Source: the human T2T-CHM13v2.0 reference genome, Homo sapiens. Taken from it: 64,000 nucleotides of DNA. The stretch lies in NCBI RefSeq assembly GCF_009914755.1, contig NC_060925.1. One strand, written 5' to 3'. The position numbers were made by a program, and so were the translations under genes. The notes beneath the pieces were generated by a model that worked only from the letters and a program-made list of their open reading frames with translations, did no database searches and was not told the DNA's origin. Below, one piece after another: positions 15,615 through 28,200 of this stretch; position 1 is the first letter of the stretch, and each line of letters starts with the position of its first letter.

Positions 15615-18600
15615 TGTTTTGTGCCTTACTTAATAGAGTAAAGTAATGCAGAAAAAGACTATCAGTCACACTCTTTGAGGAAGAATATTTGCTGTTTCCT
15701 AGTTTACTGAAAGTATCTTGATGGCCTTTTCTTGGAAACTGACTACTCATAGGTAAGTAATGTCAGTCACTGAGGATGTGTTATAGCACATATAACACAT
15801 TGAGGGTGGTGCTGTGTCTCTCTCTCTGCTCTGTGCGCATACTCATTTGTTTATATTATTATTTAACCTTGTTTGTTACCGTTTTTTTCTTCTTTCTTCT
15901 CCACTACCCTGCTAACTTTGAGGAAGAACTTTTTGTCTGTATTCCCAGAGCACCCGGAAGGCACTCAAATAGATGTTTGCAATGAGAGTAAGTAAAAGTA
16001 GGAAAGGACATTGGGAACTCAGTGACTTGGATTTCAGTCTTGGATCTGCAACTAAATAGCTGTGTGATCTTGGTCAATCCCCTTTGCTGCTCTGAGCTTT
16101 GGTTCTCACATCTGTCCAGCAAGGATTTTTGAGTCCTCCCTTTACTAAGTTCATAGAAAGGCAAACTAGCAGAGTAGAGAGCAAGACTTGGCAGGGCATT
16201 CTGGTATTTTGTTTCCTGAGGAACAGTTTTGAGAGGGGCTGATTACTGTTGTGATAAGAAGTCTTGGTAAGAGATATGGAGGGTAGCGCCTGAAAGCCTC
16301 AATTGTATTCTTATGTAACATTCTCTGGAAAGGTACTAGGAATTAATATTCCTGAGATGGCTGAGGTGACATCATGTGTTTGTGAAGGGGCTAAAAGCAG
16401 GTGAGGCAGATTGGGTGGAAAAAGACTGGCAGTCAGACCAGGTTCCCAATGGGGAGCGCGGGCTGATCTGCTCCACGTGCTGGCAACAGAGCCTGTGGGA
16501 GATGCAGCTCCTGCCCCCTGGGTGCTGGCACATCAAGGAGAAAGGAAGGACATGCCTGTGTGACTCTCCTGAAAGATTACATCTGTCTCCTGGCCTGCCC
16601 TTCCTCCCCCATTTTCTCCTTAGAAATGTGGTATTCATGACTTAATCAGAGAAAATTCCTGAAGAAGAAGATGAATTTTGAAAGGAGGAAAGAAAGGGAT
16701 CTCTGGATTCAAAGCAATAGGCTGAACACCCCCACTCCCTCACCCCCTGTACTCTGCTGACTGTTGAATTCCCTGGATGTTCTCTGAAGTGAGGGCAGTT
16801 TTCAGAGGACTGTGTCATCTGCATTGGCAGGTGTTGTAATTTGGAGTCTACATGATTGTCAGTGTGGCAGGGCCCTGCCTGTTTTTGTTAAATGATCAGT
16901 ATCCTATTAGGGCTAGTTTTTCTGCCAGTTGCATGCTTATTGAGACCCTTCAGCATCTTTCTAAAAAGGAAATAAGCCTCTTTCTAAATACTAGGACGAG
17001 TATAGTTAGTGTCTCAGCTGTGGCCAAGCATGGGCAAGGAGGCAGCATTTCCCAGGGGAAGCTTCATGGGTGTGTCTGGTGATGCTGGATTTGAATTCAC
17101 ATATAAAAACACTCCCTGGCAGGTCTTTATCTGACATCGTTTGGAAATGGTGATCTGCCAGTGGAGTTCAATGTCATGGCCAAGCCTACGGCCCAGAGGG
17201 GCAGCTTCCAAGATTTGCTTTAGGAATAGTCAATGCAGAATGTGTTTAATTCATACACACGGGGAAATGGAAACCAAGAATCCGTTCCTCCTTTTGGCTC
17301 CTGTTTGTTGGGTTATTTTCCCCTTCACTGGCAGATGGTGCTCAACAGAATATGCTATGTGGTGGGGTTGAATTTTTTAATCTTTTTTTTCAGTGAGATA
17401 TAATTCACATACTGTAAAATTCACTCTTTTAAAGTGTACAATTCAATTTTTTAAACATATTCACAAGGTTGAGCAACAATCATCACTATCTTAATTTCAA
17501 AACAGGGAGGTTTAAATTTGTCTTGAATCTCTGCATGAAATATCAACCAGAGGTCAACTCTGATTCTCAGGAACCTTTTAAAAAAATTGGGTTCCTCTTG
17601 CAAGGGAAGCTGCAATTTTTATTCAAGTGTCATTTTTAAAAAAACATAATAAGAAAAAATGATAGAGGACATTGGATTTTTCTTAGCCCTGTTATGTGAT
17701 TTCTTTCCGCTATTGATGATTTTTAAATATTAGATCTTCAGGTTGGGGCTTATTACCACAGCTTTGTTATAATAAAGAATATTTAAAGCAGAAACAATAA
17801 GACTTTTTGTGTTCTCTTGTCCTTTCTCTTCTTTGTCAAGCCATGCCTCTTTAGACAGAGCTTAGACCTGTCTTTTCCTCCTTTGTCACCATCACCTAGC
17901 ACAGTGCCTCCATACAGGAAAGGCTCAGTAAGATTTGCTGAATAAATGGGCTCTACTGGGCACTCAGGGGAGGCTGTTTGGATGTATATATCACTCCAGG
18001 TGACTCATGGCGACCTTAGTACTTTGGCTTTGTGAATAGCCAGGGAATTCTTTTGTACCCCTAAGATATAGCTGCTTCTAGAAAGTGAGAGCTTGACTTC
18101 TTTCCATGTATTTCTAGGGAAGGAACTGGCAAGGACCCCACCATCTCCATAGCTCCCAAGAATTCTCATCCAACTGTAAACCAGATGTGTAAAGCCTTCT
18201 TGAGTTGGTATCGTGAAGCATGGTGTAAGTGGTATGAGTGGTGTGAGTCTTTGAGTGTGTACACATGATGTGCACATGCATGATCGCCTAAGCACATGAG
18301 GGAACTGTGAGGAGTTCCTCTATGTTTTTAAATTGCCTCTTTCTTCTTTCTGCCCTTTTGTTTGTTGATAGGCCAGGGTTCAGAGGGGCCTTCAGCCTGG
18401 GCACATGGCCCAGGAGTGCTGGTATTCAGTGGCCCATTGTTTCCTGCCCCTTGTGTGCATGAACGGGGACTGGGGCCAGCATAGCTGCCTTCTTGGGGAC
18501 CATTGTTTGTCTTTGTAGGAGTAGCAGCAGCAGCAGCGCCTAAGGCAGCACATTTTTCCCTGGATAGAACAACTGTTCTGTCTTGGAGCTGTACGCCTAA

Positions 18601-18667
18601 GAGTGAGAGTAGTTAGAATTTCCCTTAATGCCTGTATGGATGCTTTGAAGATGGTAACAAGGGAGGC

Positions 18668-18821
18668 ATCTTCTTCTTTCTGCTTCCTTTCTTCTTTTTC
18701 CTTCTTCCTTCTTCATTCTCTTTCTTCTTTCTTTTTCTCCTCCTTTTCCTTCTCCTTCTCCACCTCCTGTTCTTCCTTCCTTTTCCTCCTTCTTCTTCTT
18801 CCTCTTCCTCTTCTTCTTTTT
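18668..18821. repeat. Near-pure pyrimidine (CTT/CCT) low-complexity tract
   Basis: About 150 nt, almost entirely C/T on the + strand. Confidence 0.9.
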
Positions 18822-19791
18822 GGCCAGTTGTGAGGGAGGGGAGATGCTCATGGTGTCATATCACAAATAAACCACACTAGCAGGTGGTATCTATTAACAG
18901 AGCCTCTTTTTTTTCCTGGATCAGGGGTGGGGATATTGCTTTCTTACTGTCTCTGTCCTCTGGGCTTCCTGGTAGACCTCAGGGTGTACTCACAGGACAA
19001 GAAAAGCACTTCCCCCTAAGCTGTCCTGTAGAGTAGATCTAGGAAGTGGGGAAGGGATCCAGTGTGGTTGTGGACAGATTGAAACAGAGCTAGCTGGTGA
19101 GTCGGTGGGCAAGTCCAAACTTGTCTTAGGGGCCTGAATCAACCCTCAGCTGGAAAGTGGAAAAGGCGATGTTCCAGGAGTTAAGAGTCATGGTCACTGT
19201 GATTTACACAGAGATACTTTCAGAGACTCCAAACTGGTGTTCTATTTCTCTTGTTTTTGTTTCTCTGACCTACTATTAACCTCTTTGACAAGTCAGACAA
19301 ACCTTAATTTAGCTCCAGCTCCTGTTGCATAATTGTTGACCCTTTGGTAAATTACTTAAAGAGTCTTACTTCAGTTTTCTCCTTAGTGTAATCAGGATAA
19401 TTGTGGATACCTTACAGACTACCTGTGAGAATTAAATGAGATGATACATAGAAAGGCCTATAAAATGTATTCAATAAACACATGCTCCCATCCCTTCAGG
19501 GTTCCAGAGGGAGTACCTGTGATGCAGCATATACTCTGCTGCCCTCATTGAGGCACCTGCAAAATCAGGCTGGAATTCCTTGCTGGCTGGATGTGCTTGG
19601 GGGTTTCTTATATTAAATCACATATCTCAGAGGCCTCCTATTAAGTACTTGTTCCTTGGACAGGCTAACTCTGGAGTGGCCTACTTCTGGAACTTCATGG
19701 GACTTTGCCTTGTCCTCTCTTTTTTTGGCAGAGGGTGGGTGTCATCCAACTAACTATTCCTTTCTATTCCCCTGGTGAGTGAGATTACTGA

Positions 19792-20224
<433 letters not shown>

Positions 20225-22170
20225 ACTTGGTTCTTACTGAACGGATGGAATTTAAGTAATATTAGTAAGCATTCTGAATGCCCTCTCAATGTACAGTCTG
20301 CCCACCCAATGGCTATTACTATCAGCTTTTCACTAATATATTGAAGGGGGACAGATGCCTACAGGAATAGTCTCAACAAGGGCTGTTCCCTTTAAGAGAC
20401 CCAGAAATCCCTGGCAAGAACCAGATGCCTGACATAACCTCTGCAGATCTTTACCCCCAATACCCTTGTAATCAGACTCTGTAAAACACAGAACAAGAGA
20501 GCTTTGATGAGTGATGAGGTAGGCAGCTTTTCTGCACAGCCTTCTGTCTGCTTGAAACAATCCTCCGGAGCTCAGTTTCAGTTCAGGTGAGGTTACTGCA
20601 GGGCTGGTTGGCATTGGTGGTTGACAGGGAGAGAGATGAGGATGAAGAGGGTGAGAATTGCGCTTACAGATCACCTGAGATCATCTGCAAAGGACATACT
20701 GATATTTGTAAAAACAGAAACAAAAATGTAGATGGGGACAGATTGTGGAGCCTCGACTACTTTAAGGCAAAGCTAAACGCACCATTTACCCATCCTCATT
20801 GCTTCAAGAACATTTCAGCATCATAGTTCTGATCCTGATTTGCCTCTGATTTATCTGCAGCTCACATGAAAACTCTAGACCCCCTCTCCCCATAATGATG
20901 CATTACATAGCATTACATAGCATAGACAGAAAGCATTGTTGCAACTGTACTATTTGGGAATGAATTTGGGGCACACATAAGGAAAGGCATAATATAGGTG
21001 CTCCTTTTCTGTGGGATTGGAGTCACTGTCACATCCTAATGCATTTGGAGCTGAGCAGGCTTGCAGAGGGAAAAGATGAAAGAAATGGCTCCATTCTGAC
21101 TCAGATGGGGATTGGGACATAACTTCAGCAGGATACACACTGCAAGCCTTCTCTGAGCTGAAAATCAGTCTGGCTTTGGCATACTGCTTCCTGTGAGTGC
21201 CAGGTCTCTTGTCAGTAACAAATGCAGTGCTGCATTTGAGGCAAATCTGTTTGCATCTATAGCTGCCTTTGCAGCAGTTCCAGAGAGAGTGTTTGCTAGC
21301 TCCATACAAGGACCCTGACCAGCCAGAAATCTGCATGCTAGAGCTTAACCAGAAGTATTTCTAGCTATGACACTATAGAGGCACTACAGCATCTATGAAG
21401 ATTAAGCAACACAGATATGAGTGATATTTGTTAGTGAAAAAAACTCTTTCCAAGTCTTCTTAAAAAATGATTTTCATTCTGTGATATTGGAAACTGTGAA
21501 ATCTGATTGACAGTGAATGGTTTGCCTGCCCAGAAGTTCTTGTGCTTCTTTTGTTTTGATTGCTACCATTTGACCTTGGGAGATTTTCTTCCTATCTCCA
21601 TTAAAATATCCTGACCTTCATCCTACTTCATGAAGATGGTAAACAACATTTTGAAATGATGGGGAAAAATGCAAAAAGTAGGAGCATGGTCTCTAAAGTC
21701 AGTCTCTTGGGGTTTGAATCCCAGCTTCACCACTTAAAAGTTTGACTTCTTCAAGACTCTGTTTTCTCATTTTTAAAATGGGGATGAGGTAGTACCTGCC
21801 TCATAGGATGGTTGGGGTGATAATTCATTTGGGCCCTCTGCCAGAAGACAACCCAGATTCTGGCTCTGTGCCACTAGAAACATAGTAATATAAATGGTAG
21901 ATAGGAATGTTATTATTTTTAATAAGCAGCTTCTCATAAGTGATTCAGCAGATTCCTGGTTCACAATGTTCTTTAATGGTGTAAAAAGGGTTGGCATTTT
22001 TGGAGGTGCCTCACATCCTATGGCCAGTTTAGACTTTAGGCTTTTTTGTTCAGGGCTTTCAATTTCCCAGGGCACGGGGAATAAGTAAGTGGAAGGTGGG
22101 TGAATATTGGCATGCATGGTGGTTTATTTAGGGCTGTCTTTCTGACTGTCTTCTCTTGTTTTTGTTGTAG

Positions 22171-22363
22171 AGATCCGTGCTCAGCTCACAGAGCAGATGA
22201 AATGCCTGGACCAGCAGTGTGAGCTTCGGGTGCAACTGTTGCAGGACCTCCAGGACTTCTTCCGAAAGAAGGCAGAGATTGAGATGGACTACTCCCGCAA
22301 CCTGGAGAAGCTGGCAGAACACTTCCTGGCCAAGACACGCAGCACCAAGGACCAGCAATTCAA
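22171..22363 (+). CDS. SRGAP2C: SRGAP2-family coding exon 2 (c.68-260, F-BAR N-terminus, aa 23-87), His73 variant
   Basis: Pyrimidine tract and TAG acceptor (AG 22169-22170), GTAGGG donor at 22364. 193 nt, phase 1 to phase 2. Translates (E)IRAQLTEQMKCLDQQCELRVQLLQDLQDFFRKKAEIEMDYSRNLEKLAEHFLAKTRSTKDQQF(K), matching recalled SRGAP2 except R73H (CAC at 22320-22322). Family call near certain; paralog call depends on recalled diagnostic substitutions. Confidence 0.93.
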
Positions 22364-22755
22364 GTAGGGGCTCTGTGGCTATTACTCTCTGAGACCTTGG
22401 AATATGGGGTCCAGGGTGGAGGGGGGCAGGGTATGCCACTTAGATCCAGCTGAATTCAGGAGCCCCTGGCTTCAGATTGGTTGAAAGCCCTCAAGGACTT
22501 CTCATTTTCCAGATCAGTCTTATGTGCAATTCAACATTTCATAGAGATGAGAGTAGATGATGAACCATGCTAATAATAACAGCAAACTTGTTTATAGCTC
22601 TGTTGCCAGGCATGTTACTAAGGGCTTTACATATATGTTAGTTTGCTTAATCCCAACAACTCCATATGATGGTTATTGTTATTATCCCCAATTTATAGAT
22701 GAGGAAACTGAGGCATAAAAAGGTTAAGGGGCTTAACTCAGGGTCTATCTTAATC

Positions 22756-22759
22756 TCTG

Positions 22760-22793
<34 letters not shown>

Positions 22794-22807
22794 TCACACT
22801 CACACAC
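22756..22807. repeat. (TC)n(CA)n compound microsatellite inside a MIR
   Basis: Read directly; MIR core ATAGATGAGGAAACTGAGGC near 22695. Confidence 0.85.
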
Positions 22808-23072
22808 CCCTAGTAAATAGTAGAGCTGGAATTGGGCTGCAGGGTCTATATTTTTAACCATTTCACCAAACTGTCTTTAATTAGAAGAAATAAATGATGT
22901 TGAGGCCATTATATCTAAATCCCTGTCTAGGTAGCTGCTAAGGTCTATTTCTTCTACATTTAGTTTATTTTATACAGCTGGCCCATTCACTTGGTTCCCA
23001 GTGCCATTGCCCTAGTTTAGATCATCATCTTTTTTGCCTGAATGATTGCAGTATTTACTATATCTTCTATAG

Positions 23073-23252
23073 CAGAGATTTTCAACCCTGGCTGCATATT
23101 AGAATTCCCTGGAGAACTTTAAAAAAAATACAGAAATCTGGGCCCCACTCCAGACCAATTAAATGAGAATCTCTGGGAGTGAGGCCTGGGTAACAGGGTG
23201 GTGTAAAAGCTTCCCAGGTGATTCTAATGAACAGCCAGCATTGAGGATCACA
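23073..23252. mobile_element. MER5-family hAT MITE
   Basis: CAGAGATTTTCAACCCTGGCTGCATATTAGAAT...CCCAGGTGATTCTAATG. Confidence 0.7.
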
Positions 23253-23260
23253 GTCCACAG

Positions 23261-23478
23261 CAGGGGTGTCCAATCTTTTGTTCTCCCTGGGCCACATTGG
23301 AAGAAGAAGAATTGTCTTGGGCCACCCATAAAATATGCTAATACAATAGCTGATGAGCTTAAAAAAAATTGCAAAAAAAGTCATAATATTTTAAGAAAGT
23401 TTACAAATTTCCGTTGGGTTGCATTCAAAGCCATCCTGGCCCCCATGCAGCCCACAGGCCATAGGTTGGACAAGCTTG
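23261..23478. mobile_element. MER30 hAT MITE, complete
   Basis: CAGGGGTGTCCAA...TTGGACAAGCTTG termini; 8-bp TSD GTCCACAG / GTCTACAG. Confidence 0.88.
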
Positions 23479-23604
23479 GTCTACAGTTTCTCTCCATTCC
23501 AATCTGCCTGCTCCATTGTGATCGGAGTTAATCTTCCTGGAACACACTGGCGATCAGAGAATTTCTTTCTGCAAAACTTTCAATGTCTCTCCATTGTCTA
23601 TGTT

Positions 23605-23925
23605 CTTTTTATTATGATTATTATTATTTTTAGAAATAAGGTCTTGCTCTGTCACCCAGGCTGAAGTACAATAGCGTGATCTTGGCTCCCTGCAGCCTCA
23701 AACTCTTGGGCTCTAGTGATCCTCCTGCCTCAGCCTACCTCCTGAGTAGCTGGGACTGCAGGTGTGCACCATCATACCCAGCTATTTTTATTTTATTTTA
23801 ATTTTTGTAGACACAGGGTTTCGCTATGTTGCCCAGTTTGGTCTCAAACTCCTGGCCTTAAGTGATCCTCCCACCTCATCCTTCCAAAGTGCTGGAATTA
23901 CAGGTGTGAGCCACCACACCCAGCC
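23605..23925 (-). mobile_element. AluJ
   Basis: Diverged dimer; TCTATGTT on both flanks. Confidence 0.85.
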
Positions 23926-25008
23926 CATCTATGTTTTTGATATCAAATTGTAGTTTCTCAGTGTCAGCATCATCTGTACTGTTAGAAATGCAGTATCTCA
24001 GGTCCTACTCCAGTCCTACTATAACAAGATCCCACAACATAGCATGTGATTTGTGTGCACATTGACATTTGGGAAATGCTGTTCCATTCACAAAGGTGCA
24101 CGCTTTTTGGCTTGGTCTTTAAGCCCCTCTACATCTGGAAAGCCTCAAACAGGTTTCCAACCTTATTTCTTGTTTCTGTTCCACTATACCCGAGCCAAAC
24201 AGAACATTCACTCCAGTGGGTCACTGGCATCCTGTTACTTGAGGTTATGTGGTCAGTCTTTCCATCTTTGCATGTCTAAGCCATGCCCATGTCTTAAGAC
24301 CCATCTCAGGTGCTCCCTGTTCCAGGAAACTTTCCTGATTCTCCCAGAAGGAAGAAAGTTCTCCATCTTCTGAATTCTTACAGCATTTTATTTGTTCTTC
24401 TCTTAGGGCATTCAGCACTATCTACCTTCTGTTATCTTCTCTGAGTGGACTGTATAAGTTTGTTTGATCTTCTGGTGTCCCACAGTGCCTAGTATAATAT
24501 GTGGTGTATAGTAGATGCTCACTAAATATTGTGGAATAAATAAATGAATGAATGAATTTGAAATTAGTGCCAAGTGTATCTTATTTTCCCCATTTTCTAT
24601 TTTTGTTTATTGCCTTAATAATACAGGACACAAATTATCCTTTAAAAGCCAGCTCTGTGCAATGAAGATGGGGTTAAGGTTGAGGAGAACATGACATCTC
24701 AAAATAAGCCAGAATGAAAATTTCCTCCAGATGTTTTTTTCCTCAGAGTTTCTTATCTTTCCCAAGTCTTATTCTCTTTATGATAAGAGAATCATCTGAT
24801 AAAAAAATGTTATTTTAGTATGTGATAAATGAAGACTTAGGGGAGGAATCATTTGCTTTAGAAAATGATTCAAAGTTGGATTTATTCTGTTGGTAATCTC
24901 ATCCTAAATTTAAAATAGCATTTGATTTTTAGTACTATATCATATTCTCAGCTTATGGACGTATTTGTTACAAATTAAGGTTCAGATGTGTTAATCTCCA
25001 AGTCATCT

Positions 25009-27038
25009 TGTGTCCGGAATTGGTGGGTACTTGGTCTCACTGACTTCAAGAATGAGGCCGCGGACCCTCGCGGTGAGTGTTACAGCTCTTAAGGTGGTGT
25101 GTCTGGAGTCTGTCCCTTCTGATGTTCAGATGTGTTTGGAGTTTCTTCCTTCTGGTGGGTTCATGGTCTCGCTGGCTCAGGAGTGAAGCTGCAGACCTTC
25201 ACGGTGAGTGTTACAGCTCTTAAGGCAGCGCGTCTGGAGTTGTTCATTCCTCCCGGTGGGCTTGTGGTCTCGCTGGGCTCAGGAGTGAAGCTGCAGATCT
25301 TTGCAGTGAGTGTTACAGCTCATAAAAGCAGCATGGACCCAAAAAGTGAGCACTAGCAAGATTTATTGCAAAAAGCAAAAGAACAAACCTTCCACCGTGT
25401 GGAAGGGGACCCGAGCGGGTTGCCAATGTTGGCTCGGGCAGCCTGCTTTTAGTCTCTTATCTGGCCCCACCCACATCCTGCTGATTGGTAGAGCCGAGTG
25501 GCCTGTTTTGTCAGGGTGCTGATTGGTGCATTTACAATCCCTGAGATAGATACAAAGGTTCTCCACCTCCCCATCAGATTAGTTAGATACAGAGTTTTGA
25601 CACACAGGTTCTCTAAGGCCCCACCAGAGCAGCTAGATACAGAGTGTCGATTGGTGCATTCACCAACCTTGAGCTAAACACAGGGTGCTGATTGGTGTGT
25701 TTACAAACCTTGAGCTAGATACAGAGTGCCGATTGGTGTATTTACAATCTCTGAGCTAGACATAAAGGTTCTCCACATCCTCACCAGAGCAGCTAGATAC
25801 AGAGTGTCGATTGGTGCACTCACAAATCTTGAGCTAAACACAGGGTGCTGATTGGTGTATTTACAAACCTTGAGCTAGATTCAGAGTGCCGATTGGTGTA
25901 CTTACAGTCCTTGAGCTAGACATAAAGGTTCTCCACGTCCTCACCAGAGCAGCTAGATACAGAGTGTCGATTGGTGCACTTACAAACCTTGAGCTAAACA
26001 CAGGGTGCTGATTGGTGTGTTTACAAACCTTGAGCTAGATATAGAGTGCCGATTGGTGTATTTACAATCTCTGAGCTAGACATAAAGGTTCTCCACATCC
26101 TCACCAGAGCAGCTAGATACAGAGTGTCGATTGGTGCACTCACAAATCTTGAGCTAAACACAGGGTGCTGATTGGTGTATTTACAAACCTTGAGCTAGAT
26201 TCAGAGTGCCGATTGGTGTATTTACAGTCCTTGAGCTAGACATAAAGGTTCTCCACGTCCTCACTAGAGCAACTAGATACAGAGTGTCGATTGGTGCACT
26301 CACAAACCTTGAGCTAAACACAGGGTGCTGATTGGTGTATTTACAATCCCTGAGCTACATATAAAGACTCTCCATGTCCCCACCAGACTCAGGAGCCCAG
26401 TTGGCTTCATCTAGTGGATCCCGCACCGGGGCTGCAGGTGGAGCTGCCTGCCAGTCCTGCGCTGTGCGCTCGCATTCCTCAGCCCTTGGGTGGTCGATGG
26501 GACTGGGCGCCATGGAGCAGGGGGTGGTGCTCGTCGGGGAGGCTCCGGCCGCACAGGAGCCCATGGAGTGGGTGGGAGGCTCAGACATGGCGGGCTGCAG
26601 GTCCTGAGCCCTGCCCCGCGGGAAGGCAGCTAAGGCCCAGCGAGAAATCGAGCACAGCGCCGATGGTCCGGCACTGCTGGGGGACTCAGTACACCCTCCG
26701 CAGCCACTGGCCCGGGTGCTAAGTCCCCCATTGCCCGGGGCCAGCAGGGCTGGCTGGCTGCTCCGAGTGCGGGGCCCACCAAGCCCACGCCCACCCGGAA
26801 CTCCAGCTGGCCCGCAAGCGCCGCACGCAGCCCCGGTTCCCGCTCGTGCCTCTCCCTCCACACCTCCCTGCAAGCTGAGGGAGTGGGCTCCAGCCTTGGC
26901 CAGCCCAGAAAGGGGCTCCCACAGTGCAGGGGGGAGGCTGAAGGGCTCCTCAAATGCCACCAAAGTGGGAGCCCAGGCAGGGGAGGTGCCGAGAGCAAGC
27001 GAGGGCTCTGAGGACTGCCAGCATGCTGTCACCTCTCA
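25009..27038 (-). mobile_element. Solo LTR12C (ERV9/HERV9 LTR), 2030 bp
   Basis: Minus strand begins TGAGAGGTGACAGCATGCTGGCAG and ends CCAATTCCGGACACA (TG...CA). 4-bp TSD ATCT at 25005-25008 and 27039-27042. CpG-rich 5' U3, CCAAT tandem array, AATAAA at 25362-25367 (minus), three U5 repeats. Confidence 0.93.
25622..26380 (-). repeat. 160-bp tandem enhancer array in the LTR12C U3 (4 full units plus one 119-bp unit)
   Basis: CACCAGAGCAGCTAGATAC (or a near match) recurs at 25622, 25782, 25942, 26102 and 26262. Each full unit has three ATTGG (CCAAT on minus) and GATA-containing motifs. Confidence 0.95.
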
Positions 27039-27909
27039 ATCTGAATTGTTCTAATTAAGATCACATACTAGGAATAGGGTGATTTCTCCAAGTTTAGAAG
27101 AATTGATTTATTTTCTGATAAAGATGGTGCTTGGCAACATTTTTTCCTCAAATAACCAGTGAGTATTTATTGATTGACCAGTTCTGTGCTTGTACAAGGC
27201 ATTGGAAAATACAAGAGAAGTTTAGGGAGTCATTATGTGGTTGGAGAGAAGATTTTGAATACAGGAAGCAATTAGAGCATAAAGCAGTAATGATCTCATT
27301 AATTGGTGTTATGTACAACATAGATCTGATGAGAGGTCAGAGATGGTTAAAGGTTCTGGAATAGTCTGGAAAGTTGTCATGAAGCAGGTGGGACCTAGGC
27401 TTGAGAGGTAGATTTGTGTGGCAGAGGAGAGAACAGCAAGTGCAGGTGAGAGGAAGCAGGAATATTTGGTGATGAGAGGGTGTAGGGGCTAGTGTGGGAT
27501 CCAGCTTTATTAAAGGGAAGGTTCCTAACACATTCATCTAACTGATTTCCATTGCACATTCCTTGAACTCCTTTGTGCCTTGGAGTGTAGCAGGGAACAA
27601 ATTGCTACACTTAGCACTTAGCACTTAGATGAAGAAATGGGCATTTAACAAATCACACAATTAGATATGTAATTTAAAGTTGGGGTAAGTGTTGTGGAAG
27701 GAAAGTATTTAATACAAGGTGGCACAAGAACCTGGAAGAGGGCAACTTTTCCACTTTATAGCTGGTTTACTCCAATAGCTTCCTGCCTGATCGTATTCTG
27801 GGTAACAATCAGTCTACTTATTCAACAAATTACTTTTAAATACCTACTGAGTACTGTGCTCTGTGTTGATTCCTATAGGAACTAACATAAACTTAGGAAT
27901 TCCTGTTTA

Positions 27910-28200
27910 AGCGGAGCATGGTGACTTATGCCTGTAACCCCAGCACTTTGAGAGGGTAAGATAGGAGGATCTCCTGAGGCCAGGAGTTTGAGACCAGCCT
28001 AGGCAACATAGCAAGAACCCATCTCTACAAAAAATAAAAAATTAGCTCAGCATGGTGATGCACGCCTGTAGTCCTAACTTCTCAGGAGGTGGGAAGATCG
28101 CTTCACTCCAGGAGTTGGAGCCTACAGTGAGCTATGACTGCACCGCTGCACACCAGCCTGGGTGACAGAGTGAGACCCTGTGTCTAAAAAAAAAAAAAAA
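27910..28200 (+). mobile_element. AluJ
   Basis: Diverged dimer with A tail. Confidence 0.85.

Noticed and set aside
18597-18851. K/E/R-rich and S/F-rich ORFs
   Set aside because: Translations of the low-complexity pyrimidine tract.
22128-22439. 103-aa minus-strand ORF
   Set aside because: Antisense shadow of the real exon; no independent gene signals.
25622-26380. Regular repeat array superficially like CRISPR
   Set aside because: No unique spacers; it is the ERV9 enhancer tandem repeat in a primate genome.
26355-27054. Overlapping ORFs of up to 225 aa and CpG-island-like composition
   Set aside because: GC-rich 5' U3 of LTR12C, where stop codons are rare; not a gene or host promoter.
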